Of a stretch of DNA of 64,000 nucleotides, positions 56,471 to 64,000 are shown piece by piece. The notes beneath the pieces are model-generated. The model saw only the letters and a list, made by a program, of their open reading frames with translations, searched no databases and had not been told where the DNA came from. The DNA lies in assembly GCA_018063165.1 (NCBI GenBank), contig JAGOQU010000001.1:130330-194329 (forward strand). The letters run 5' to 3'. The DNA comes from Minisyncoccota bacterium (GTDB taxonomy: Bacteria; Patescibacteriota; Minisyncoccia; Phycocordibacterales; UBA5272). The translations under genes were made by a program, and so were the position numbers. Each line of letters begins with the position of its first letter. The first letter of the stretch is position 1.

Positions 56471-58176
56471 AAGCAGCGTCTCATGAAATAGATCCTGAGG
56501 ATGTTTTTTTAGATTCACAAAATCTTTCTTCTTTGAACATAGACCAGATGGAAGGACAATTAGAAAAACCTCTCGGTAAAAAAGTTTTTTATTTTTTTGG
56601 TATAGGTGTTTTTATTTTTTTAAGTCTATACACATATAGACTATTTAGTATGCAGATACTTAATGGAGAAGTGTATGCTGTAAAAGCAAATAATAATCAT
56701 TTAAAAAAATTACCACTGTTTGCTCTTCGTGGAACTATTTCAGACAGAAATGGTGAGTTACTTGCTTGGAATACGCTTGGAAATTATATTTATAAAAATA
56801 CACAGGCATCATCTTCAGAAAAAGTGTCTGTTGATGATATTCCTATGCGTGTTTATACAGAATCTGCAGGTTTTTCACATTTGTTAGGATATGTAAGTTA
56901 TCCAAAGCGTGATACTAGTGGAGTTTTTTGGCAAGATGAATATATAGGTAAAGATGGTGTTGAAAAGCAGTATCAAGACGCTCTTCAAGGTGAAAAAGGA
57001 GAAAGAATTATAGCAATTAGTGCACTCCGTCAAATAGAAGCACAAAATGTTGTCGTATATCCGAAACATGGTGCCAATCTTCAGTTAAGTGTAGACAAGG
57101 AAGTTCAGGCGAAATTATATGAAAGTATTGAAAATCTTGCAAAAAAAGCACCTTTTGTGGCTGGTGCCGGTATTATTATGGATATTACCAATGGTGAAAT
57201 TTTGGCTATAACAAGTTATCCAGAATACAGTAACAACATGATGACTAATGCAAAATCAAAAGAAGAGAATAAACAACTAGGTGAAGATCTTCTTGATAAG
57301 AGACGTAAATTTTTAAATAGGGCAGTGAGTGGTCTTTTTACTCCAGGGTCTACGGTTAAAACATTTGTGGCTTTAGCTGCTCTTATGGAAGGTGTGATTA
57401 CCCCTGAACAAAATATTTATAGTTCTGGTAAATTGGTTATCAAAAATAAATATGGAGGACCAGATACTGTTTTTAAAGATTGGAAAGCTCATGGATATGT
57501 TGACATGAGAAAAGCGATAGAGCAATCTTCTGATGAATATTTTTATCAAGTAGGTGGTGGTTATAAAGATCAGAAAGGTATTGGTATTGAAAAAATAAAT
57601 AAATACGGAAAGATGTTTGGTTTTGGTACAACTACGGGTATTGATTTACCTGGAGAGGAATATGGTGTTATACCTTCTCCAGAATGGAAGAAGAAAGTTT
57701 TTAATGAAGATTGGTTAGTTGGTAACACGTATCACACTGCTATTGGTCAGTATGGTTTTCAACTAACACCACTTGAACTCATTCGAGGTGTGGCAGCGTT
57801 AGCAAATGGCGGTTATTTGGTTACACCACACGTTCTTTTGGGGTTACCTACCTCAAGTACATCACTTGATTTACCTCAAAAAGATTTAAAAGTAATTCAT
57901 GAAGGAATGCATTTAGTTGTGCATGGAGAAGGTGGCACAGGAAAAGCTTTAGACATCCTTGGTGTTGATGTAGCGGCAAAATCAGGAACAGCAGAACTCG
58001 GTGTTAGTAAGCAACAGGTTAATTCACTTATTACAGGTTATTTCCCTTATGAAAAGCCACGGTATGCTTTTGTTGTAGTAATGGAAAAAGGTGATAGACA
58101 TAACCCTTATGGAGCTATATTTGCTATGAGGGAAACTCTTGAATGGATGAGGGATAATACTGAATACACAAAGTAA
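56437..58176 (+). CDS. mrdA: Penicillin-binding protein 2 (elongation transpeptidase)
   Basis: TM anchor, a dimerisation domain, and the transpeptidase motifs STVK, SSD and KSGT. It follows mreBCD. Confidence 0.85.
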   Translation: MFHLLSTHRARKAASHEIDPEDVFLDSQNLSSLNIDQMEGQLEKPLGKKVFYFFGIGVFIFLSLYTYRLFSMQILNGEVYAVKANNNHLKKLPLFALRGTISDRNGELLAWNTLGNYIYKNTQASSSEKVSVDDIPMRVYTESAGFSHLLGYVSYPKRDTSGVFWQDEYIGKDGVEKQYQDALQGEKGERIIAISALRQIEAQNVVVYPKHGANLQLSVDKEVQAKLYESIENLAKKAPFVAGAGIIMDITNGEILAITSYPEYSNNMMTNAKSKEENKQLGEDLLDKRRKFLNRAVSGLFTPGSTVKTFVALAALMEGVITPEQNIYSSGKLVIKNKYGGPDTVFKDWKAHGYVDMRKAIEQSSDEYFYQVGGGYKDQKGIGIEKINKYGKMFGFGTTTGIDLPGEEYGVIPSPEWKKKVFNEDWLVGNTYHTAIGQYGFQLTPLELIRGVAALANGGYLVTPHVLLGLPTSSTSLDLPQKDLKVIHEGMHLVVHGEGGTGKALDILGVDVAAKSGTAELGVSKQQVNSLITGYFPYEKPRYAFVVVMEKGDRHNPYGAIFAMRETLEWMRDNTEYTK

Positions 58177-58229
58177 CTATTCAGTAGTATTCTTGGACTA
58201 AAATGACTTTTTATGTTAGTATATGATGT

Positions 58230-58688
58230 ATGGAATATTTAACATTAGAAAAGAAAAATGAATTAGAAGCAGAGCTTGCACAGCTCAAAACAGTTCGACG
58301 TAAAGAAATTGCAGACTCTCTCGAGTATGCTAAATCTCTTGGTGATCTTTCTGAAAATGCAGAATATCATCAGGCTCGTGAAGATCAGGCTAATTGTGAA
58401 GATCGTATAAATCACATTGAACAAATACTCAAAAATGCTGTCATAATGGAAGGTAGTGTTGTTGCTGGTGTTGTACATGTTGGATCTACTGTTACTGTTC
58501 TTAAAAAAGGAAGTAAAGAAGAAAAGACATTTGCACTTGTTGGAAGTGAAGAAGCTGATTCTGTTTCAGGAAAGATTTCAAATGAATCGCCCCTTGGTGA
58601 AGCGCTTTTAGGAAAGAAAAAAGGAGATAAAATTATTGTACACGCACCTAAAGGTGATATCGAGTATTCTGTTGTTGAAGTAAACTAA
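58230..58688 (+). CDS. greA: Transcription elongation factor GreA
   Basis: LSENAEYHQAREDQ and the C-terminal FKBP-like SPLGEALLGKKKGD. Confidence 0.9.
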   Translation: MEYLTLEKKNELEAELAQLKTVRRKEIADSLEYAKSLGDLSENAEYHQAREDQANCEDRINHIEQILKNAVIMEGSVVAGVVHVGSTVTVLKKGSKEEKTFALVGSEEADSVSGKISNESPLGEALLGKKKGDKIIVHAPKGDIEYSVVEVN

Positions 58689-58704
58689 AATACGTTTTTT
58701 AGAT

Positions 58705-58738
58705 AAAAAAGCGCGAGCCTTCGGCTCGCGCTTTTTTT
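58705..58738 (+). terminator. Rho-independent terminator
   Basis: GCGCGAGCCttcGGCTCGCGC followed by TTTTTTT. Confidence 0.8.
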
Positions 58739-58831
58739 ATCGACTTAATCATTAGTTTTTGTTATGATGAAAATATATCTAATCATTATTGGTTAAGCAT
58801 ATACCTACTAATTAATATTTTTTTATATTAT

Positions 58832-60283
58832 ATGGCGTCACTTGAAGAACTTCGTGCTGAGCGAATAAAAAAATTAGAAATGCTACAAGCAAAAGGTATT
58901 TCTTCATACCCAAGTAAATCTTCTAGAACTCATGAGCTTAAAGATGTTATCGCTACTTTTGCAGCACTTGAATCAACACAGGAGGTTATATGTATAAATG
59001 GTCGTGTAATGACATCTCGTGGTCAGGGAGCTATTTCTTTTATTGATTTATATGATGGATCAGCTCGTATGCAAGTGGTTATCAAACTTCCTGAATCGAC
59101 AGAAGAGGTTATGAGTTTTTATCGAGAGTATGTAGATAGTGGTGATTTTGTTGAAGTTACAGGCACAGTATTTATAACCAAATCTGGACAACAGAGTATT
59201 TTAGTATCTAAGATATCAATGTTATCAAAAGCACTTCTTCCTTTACCTGATAAATTTCATGGTATTCAAGATGAAGAGCTTCGTATGCGTGAAAGATATC
59301 TTGATATTCTTACAAATGAAGAGCTTCGTGATATGTTCGAAAAGAAGGCAAAATTTTGGCAGGTTGTACGCACATTTCTTAACGGTAAAGGATATCTTGA
59401 AGTGGAGACACCAACACTTGAAGTAACAACAGGAGGTGCAGAGGCGAGACCATTTGCTACACATCATAATGATTTTGATCTTGATGTATATATGCGTATT
59501 TGTATTGGCGAACTTTGGCAAAAACGTCTCATGGCAGCTGGTTTTCCTAGAACATATGAAATAGGAAGAGCGTATCGTAACGAAGGGTCATCACCGGACC
59601 ATCTTCAAGAATTTACTAATTGTGAATTCTATACTGCGTATTCTAATTATGAAGATGGAATGAATCTTGTACAAGAATTATATAGAACTATTGCCCATGA
59701 AGTGTTCGGAACAAGTACATTCACAACACGTGGACACACATTTAATCTAGAAGATGAATGGAAACACATTTCGTATAGAGGTGAAATACTTTCTCAGACA
59801 GGAATTGATATAGACATAGCAACAGATGAAGAGATTGTTCAAAAATTAAATAAACTTCAAGTGAAGTATGATGGAACGAATCGTGAACGTTTGACTGATA
59901 CTATTTGGAAGTATTGTCGAAAAAATATTTCTGGTCCAGCGTTTCTTATTGACCATCCAGTGCTCGTTGCACCGCTTGCAAAGAAAAATGAAAATAGTCT
60001 CACTGTACAACAATTCCAGCCAATACTTGGTGGAAGTGAGCTTGGTCGTGGATATAGTGAGCTTAACGATCCTCTTGATCAGCGTGCACGATTCGAAAAA
60101 CAACAAGAATTACTTGCAAGTGGTGATGAAGAGGCGATGATGGCTGACTGGGAATTCGTAGAAATGCTTGAGCATGGCATGCCACCAACGTGTGGTTTTG
60201 GTTTTGGAGAAAGACTCTTTGCTTTCTTTATGGATAAACCTGTACGAGAAACACAAATGTTTCCACTTATAAAACCAAAATAA
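58832..60283 (+). CDS. lysS: Lysine--tRNA ligase (class II)
   Basis: OB-fold N-domain. Class II motifs YLEVETP, FPRTYEIGRAYRNEG and GFGFGERL. Confidence 0.95.
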   Translation: MASLEELRAERIKKLEMLQAKGISSYPSKSSRTHELKDVIATFAALESTQEVICINGRVMTSRGQGAISFIDLYDGSARMQVVIKLPESTEEVMSFYREYVDSGDFVEVTGTVFITKSGQQSILVSKISMLSKALLPLPDKFHGIQDEELRMRERYLDILTNEELRDMFEKKAKFWQVVRTFLNGKGYLEVETPTLEVTTGGAEARPFATHHNDFDLDVYMRICIGELWQKRLMAAGFPRTYEIGRAYRNEGSSPDHLQEFTNCEFYTAYSNYEDGMNLVQELYRTIAHEVFGTSTFTTRGHTFNLEDEWKHISYRGEILSQTGIDIDIATDEEIVQKLNKLQVKYDGTNRERLTDTIWKYCRKNISGPAFLIDHPVLVAPLAKKNENSLTVQQFQPILGGSELGRGYSELNDPLDQRARFEKQQELLASGDEEAMMADWEFVEMLEHGMPPTCGFGFGERLFAFFMDKPVRETQMFPLIKPK

Positions 60284-60299
60284 TAATTAAATTGAATTT

Positions 60300-61040
60300 A
60301 TGGAAAATGAAACTAAAAAATCATATAATCCTTTTAAAATGTATGGAAGTTGGATTGGTTTTATTATTGGAATAACAGGAATTTTAACTGGGCATATTTT
60401 CTTACAACCCGTTGCCATATCTACAAATCATTTTGGTGATTTAGTCCTAGTATATAATCCATTTTTCTGGATTGCTTTTCATTCTTTATCTAGAGTTGGT
60501 TTTCTTGTTGTTACTATTATTACCACACCAGTAATATTTTTTATTTATGGTTGGATAATTAATTCTATTTTTAGAAAATCAAATAAATTAAGTAGAATTA
60601 TTTTTGCTAGTATATTTATTCTGTATATTATGGGTTCATTTATTTTCTCTTATTTAGGTAACTTAGAGAATGGCTCAAAGTCGTTTAATTACATAGATGG
60701 TTATATTTACTCTAAAATAATAAAAAGAAACTTTGAAAAATTAAAAGCAGAAACAAATAATTTGTCGTTAATTAATGAGGTTCTTAAAGTTGCCTCTAAT
60801 CAATCAATTTCAATTGATGTAAGAATTGAAGTGCTTGAATTATTGGAATCAAGAATAAGTCTTCTAAGCTCAGAAGAGAAAATTCTTTTAGTAAAATATT
60901 TAGATATGTTAGATGATTATATTAATAAACAAAATCAATTATTAGATCTAAATATTAAATCTGACTTAGTTATCAAGGAAGAAAATCAAAAAATAATTTC
61001 TGAAATCAAGAATTTAAAAGATTTATTAAATAAATATTAA
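60300..61040 (+). CDS. Membrane protein with a C-terminal coiled-coil domain
   Basis: 4 TM helices followed by a K/E/L-rich helical tail. Confidence 0.5.
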   Translation: MENETKKSYNPFKMYGSWIGFIIGITGILTGHIFLQPVAISTNHFGDLVLVYNPFFWIAFHSLSRVGFLVVTIITTPVIFFIYGWIINSIFRKSNKLSRIIFASIFILYIMGSFIFSYLGNLENGSKSFNYIDGYIYSKIIKRNFEKLKAETNNLSLINEVLKVASNQSISIDVRIEVLELLESRISLLSSEEKILLVKYLDMLDDYINKQNQLLDLNIKSDLVIKEENQKIISEIKNLKDLLNKY

Positions 61041-61078
61041 TTAGTTGAACACAGGGTAACTTTAGAAAGAAATACAAA

Positions 61079-61115
61079 ATGCGCGAGCCGAAGGCTCGCG
61101 CTTTTTGTTTTTTCA
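61079..61115 (+). terminator. Rho-independent terminator
   Basis: GCGCGAGCCgaaGGCTCGCGC followed by TTTTTGTTTTTT. The same stem family occurs at 58705. Confidence 0.8.
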
Positions 61116-61204
61116 GCAGTGATATTCAAAAATAACTCTAAAGAGCGACTAAAAATGCTTCTTTTTAGTTATCCACAAGATTTTTCTAGTCTTTTTGTAC
61201 TAAA

Positions 61205-61240
61205 GTGGAGTATAATGGGTCCTAGTGGGGGAAAGTGGGA
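61205..61240 (+). promoter_or_regulatory. Candidate MraZ operator: three GTGG(G/A) direct repeats spanning a TATAAT box
   Basis: GTGGAG (61205), TATAAT (61211-61216), GTGGGG (61225), GTGGGA (61235). Spacings are 20 and 10 bp, upstream of mraZ. Confidence 0.5.
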
Positions 61241-61304
61241 GCTTTTTAAAAAGTTCTTAATTTGTGTTTATTTCAAATTAACTCTTTTTACCTCATATAT
61301 TTGT

Positions 61305-61739
61305 ATGCTAATCGGAAAATACACGCACGACCTAGATCCAAAAAAACGACTAACGCTTCCTTCAAAGTGGCGTACTGATCTTGGTAAAAAAGTTGTGGTT
61401 ACAAGTGGGCTAGATAATTCATTATTTGTTTTTGCAATGAGTGAATGGGAAGTAGTCGCACAAAAATTAGCACAATCAAGTTTTGGTAATCATGACTCTC
61501 GTAGTTTCAATAGATTTATTTTAGGAAATGCTTTTGAAACTGACGTAGATGCTGCAGGACGTATTGTTATTCCTGATACCTTAAAAGCTTTTGCTAATCT
61601 TTCCGATAAAGTTGTGCTCGCGGGTATGTATTCACGAATAGAAATTTGGGACGAGAAATCATGGGAGTCTAATATCGCAAAAGTTAATGGAGAAGCAGAC
61701 GCTCTCGCAGGAAAACTAAGCGACTTAGGTATTTTGTAA
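61305..61739 (+). CDS. mraZ: Transcriptional regulator MraZ
   Basis: MLIGKYTHDLDPKKRLTLPSKWR...RIVIPDTL (two DXXXR half-domains). Start placed at the internal Met. Confidence 0.9.
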   Translation: MLIGKYTHDLDPKKRLTLPSKWRTDLGKKVVVTSGLDNSLFVFAMSEWEVVAQKLAQSSFGNHDSRSFNRFILGNAFETDVDAAGRIVIPDTLKAFANLSDKVVLAGMYSRIEIWDEKSWESNIAKVNGEADALAGKLSDLGIL

Positions 61740-61740
61740 T

Positions 61741-62697
61741 ATGGAAACACTTCTGTCTCAATTTTCATTTTTAAATAATTCAACATCAAACACCACTATT
61801 AAATCTATGCATATTCCTGTACTTCTAGATGAAACAATAGAAGGACTCGCCATAAAGGAGGGTGGTATTTATGTTGACTGTACTACTAATCGTGGAGGGC
61901 ATAGTATAAAAATCGCAAAAGCACTTAAAGGAAACGGTACACTTATTTGTATAGATTTGGATAAAGACGCTCTTAAAGAAGCGGAAAAAGAAATTTCAAG
62001 TATAAAAAATCCACCAACACTTCATTTTGTTCATTCAAATTTTAGATACATACAATCAATTCTTAAAGAATTAGGTATTAGTCATGTGGATGGTATATTA
62101 GCTGACTTAGGTCTTTCCTCACAAGAACTCGATGAATCAAAGAGAGGTTTTTCATTTAGATTTGATGAGCCACTCCTTATGACATATGACGCTCACCCTA
62201 CAGAAGACATGACCACCGCTTTTGATATTGTTAATTATTGGAGTGAGTCTACTATTGCTGATATTCTATTTGGTTTCTCTGACGAAACATACAGAGGAAG
62301 AATTGCTAGAGCTATTGTTGAAAGTAGAGAAAAGAAGCAAATAAAAACAACATTTGAGTTGGTAGATATTATAGCTAGTGCTGTTCCTGTTATGTATAGA
62401 CATAGAAAGACACATTTTGCTACGAAAACGTTTCAAGCACTACGTATGGCTGCAAATGACGAGCTTGGTAGTATTAATGATTTGATAGAAGCTCTTCCAC
62501 ATGTACTTGCTTCAAACGGTCGTGCGTGTATTATCACATTTCATAGCACAGAGGACAGGATAGTAAAGCAGGGGTTACGAACAAGAATAGAAATGCTTAA
62601 ACCAATTACCAAGAAAGCAATTATTCCAAATAATGAAGAATTAGAAAAAAATCCCCGTGCAAGAAGTGCTCAGCTTAGAATAGTAGAAAGAATATAA
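61741..62697 (+). CDS. rsmH: 16S rRNA (cytosine1402-N4)-methyltransferase RsmH
   Basis: HIPVLLDETIEGLAIKEGGIYVDCTTNRGGHS...DLGLSSQELD. Confidence 0.92.
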   Translation: METLLSQFSFLNNSTSNTTIKSMHIPVLLDETIEGLAIKEGGIYVDCTTNRGGHSIKIAKALKGNGTLICIDLDKDALKEAEKEISSIKNPPTLHFVHSNFRYIQSILKELGISHVDGILADLGLSSQELDESKRGFSFRFDEPLLMTYDAHPTEDMTTAFDIVNYWSESTIADILFGFSDETYRGRIARAIVESREKKQIKTTFELVDIIASAVPVMYRHRKTHFATKTFQALRMAANDELGSINDLIEALPHVLASNGRACIITFHSTEDRIVKQGLRTRIEMLKPITKKAIIPNNEELEKNPRARSAQLRIVERI

Positions 62698-62701
62698 ACA
62701 T

Positions 62702-63019
62702 ATGCCATTACAATATAAATCATCAACTCTATATGAAAAAACAGTACATGCTATGTTTGGTACTCTTTCGGTGTTAGCTCTTGTGTATTGTTTTGTTCTT
62801 CTTTCTCTTGTTTTTTCTGTGATTGATCGTAAGCAAAATACATTAGCTAATAGAGATCTTGTATCACAATTAAGTGCGCTTGAAGCTAATTATGCAAATC
62901 AGCTTAGTTCTATTAACGAAACAGTGTTAGAAGCGAATGAATATACACGTATAGATAGTACAACATTTGCTGTGAGAAAAGATGCAATAGCTAGTTATAC
63001 TGTGCTATATGAGCGCTAA
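62702..63019 (+). CDS. FtsL-like small bitopic membrane protein
   Basis: 105 aa with a single TM. Sits between rsmH and ftsI. Called from context and topology only. Confidence 0.45.
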   Translation: MPLQYKSSTLYEKTVHAMFGTLSVLALVYCFVLLSLVFSVIDRKQNTLANRDLVSQLSALEANYANQLSSINETVLEANEYTRIDSTTFAVRKDAIASYTVLYER

Positions 63020-64000
63020 CAAGCAGATACCTCTAACAAACGATCAGGTTTTACGTTCTAACGATAGGGCATATATTATTTTATTTGTTTGGATGATTGT
63101 AGCTCTTTTTATTATAGGAAGAGCTTTTTATGTACAGGTAATTAAACATACATATTATGTTTCTCTTGGTAGTAAACAATATGTATCTTCTGTTCCTATT
63201 AATTTTGACAGAGGTACTATTTTTTTTTCTAATTACAAAAAAACACCAGTACCAGTTGCACAGCTTCGTACAACGTATCGTATAGCTATTGATCCTACAC
63301 AAATAGAAAACCCACTTACAACATACACTACTCTTTCGAAATATATATCGCTAGATAAGGATACTTTTATTGAAAGAGCTTCTAAGAAAAATGATCCTTA
63401 TGAAGAAATAGCTAAAGGTGTAGATACTGACGTAGTTACATTATTAAAATCAAAAAAAATAAAAGGAGTTTCTTTTTATCGTGACAATGAAAGGTCGTAT
63501 CCTCAAGAAAATGTTGGTGCAAAAGTTATTGGTTTTGTGGGTAATAATGGTGACAGGGTTAAAGGGCAATATGGTTTAGAAAGATATTATGAAGATATAC
63601 TTACTCGTAGCAGTGACGACAAGACTGTTAACTTTTTTGCAGAGTTATTTACTGATATAGAAAAAACAATTGTTTCAAATGTTGATAAAGAAGAAGGGGA
63701 TATTATTTTAACTATTGACGCAGAAGCTCAGCGTGTACTTCATGCGACACTTATTGATACACAAAAGACATGGAAGTCAGATATTATAGGTGGTATTATC
63801 ATGGACCCAAAAACAGGTGCAATTATTGCAATGGACTCACTCCCATCTTTTAATCCAAATAAGTTTCAACATGTTAAAGATGCTAGTTTTTTTGTTAACC
63901 AAAACGTGTCCGGTGTATATGAGATGGGAAGTATCATAAAACCTATAACCATGGCTTCGGCTATAGACGCTGGTGCTGTTGATGAAACAAAGACAACATA
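63009..64000 (+). CDS. ftsI: Penicillin-binding protein FtsI/PBP3-like, N-terminal 330 aa (continues beyond the window)
   Basis: My own translation from the ATG at 63009: MSANKQIPLTNDQVLRS..., a TM, a dimerisation domain, and ...MDPKTGAIIAM...GSIIKPITMASAIDAG (SxxK). No stop before the window end. Confidence 0.85.
   Translation, partial: MSANKQIPLTNDQVLRSNDRAYIILFVWMIVALFIIGRAFYVQVIKHTYYVSLGSKQYVSSVPINFDRGTIFFSNYKKTPVPVAQLRTTYRIAIDPTQIENPLTTYTTLSKYISLDKDTFIERASKKNDPYEEIAKGVDTDVVTLLKSKKIKGVSFYRDNERSYPQENVGAKVIGFVGNNGDRVKGQYGLERYYEDILTRSSDDKTVNFFAELFTDIEKTIVSNVDKEEGDIILTIDAEAQRVLHATLIDTQKTWKSDIIGGIIMDPKTGAIIAMDSLPSFNPNKFQHVKDASFFVNQNVSGVYEMGSIIKPITMASAIDAGAVDETKTT

Noticed and set aside
63081-63302. 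73-aa minus-strand ORF
   Set aside because: It is antisense to the ftsI N-terminal region.
1-64000. CRISPR arrays, rRNA genes, transposases and integrases
   Set aside because: Scanned for short regularly spaced repeats and for characteristic protein motifs and found none. The repeats present are two-copy direct repeats only.

Overview
This is an AT-rich (about 30% GC) bacterial chromosomal segment with tightly packed genes on both strands. Its style (low GC, many small hypothetical genes) resembles a reduced Patescibacteria/CPR-like genome; that assignment is an inference, not a demonstrated classification.

Recognisable housekeeping genes:
- pyrG, dnaB, cysS, lysS, recR, rmuC, greA
- ribosomal proteins bL21, bL9 and bL27
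- an mreB-mreC-(mreD-like)-PBP2 rod-shape module
- the start of a dcw cluster, mraZ-rsmH-ftsL-ftsI

Between these lie several accessory regions:
- 8.2-17.2 kb, a cell-envelope block: a secreted beta-helix protein with a peptidoglycan-binding domain, a second peptidoglycan-binding-domain protein, a coiled-coil protein, and two tandem M14 carboxypeptidase paralogues. One paralogue has lost its catalytic residues. A VanY-type M15 peptidase follows.
- 17.2-21.7 kb, a restriction-modification island ending at a tRNA-Gln(UUG) gene: a cytosine-5 DNA methyltransferase convergent with a MutH/Sau3AI-like endonuclease, a perfect 15-bp palindrome upstream of the methylase, and two unknown co-transcribed genes.
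- 30.1-31.5 kb, two cassette-like units: different acidic, Trp-rich ORFs, each flanked by a near-identical 113-bp promoter-plus-leader module and similar terminators. A 0.5-kb non-coding stretch with a GC-rich structured element follows.
- 42.2-43.4 kb, two paralogous 4-TM proteins that share an identical 111-bp 3' module.
- 43.5-48.9 kb, a UvrD-helicase/RecB-nuclease fusion (AddA-like) with a Cas4/AddB-like Fe-S nuclease downstream, separated by two unknown small genes.
- 48.9-51.2 kb, an adjacent stand-alone class III nucleotidyl cyclase and a PIN-PhoH (PhoH2) ATPase. Each is split by a single-nucleotide frameshift at a homopolymer run.

No CRISPR array, rRNA gene, transposase or integrase was seen. 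All calls come from reading and translating the supplied sequence. Family assignments rest on motifs I recognise; no database searches were run.
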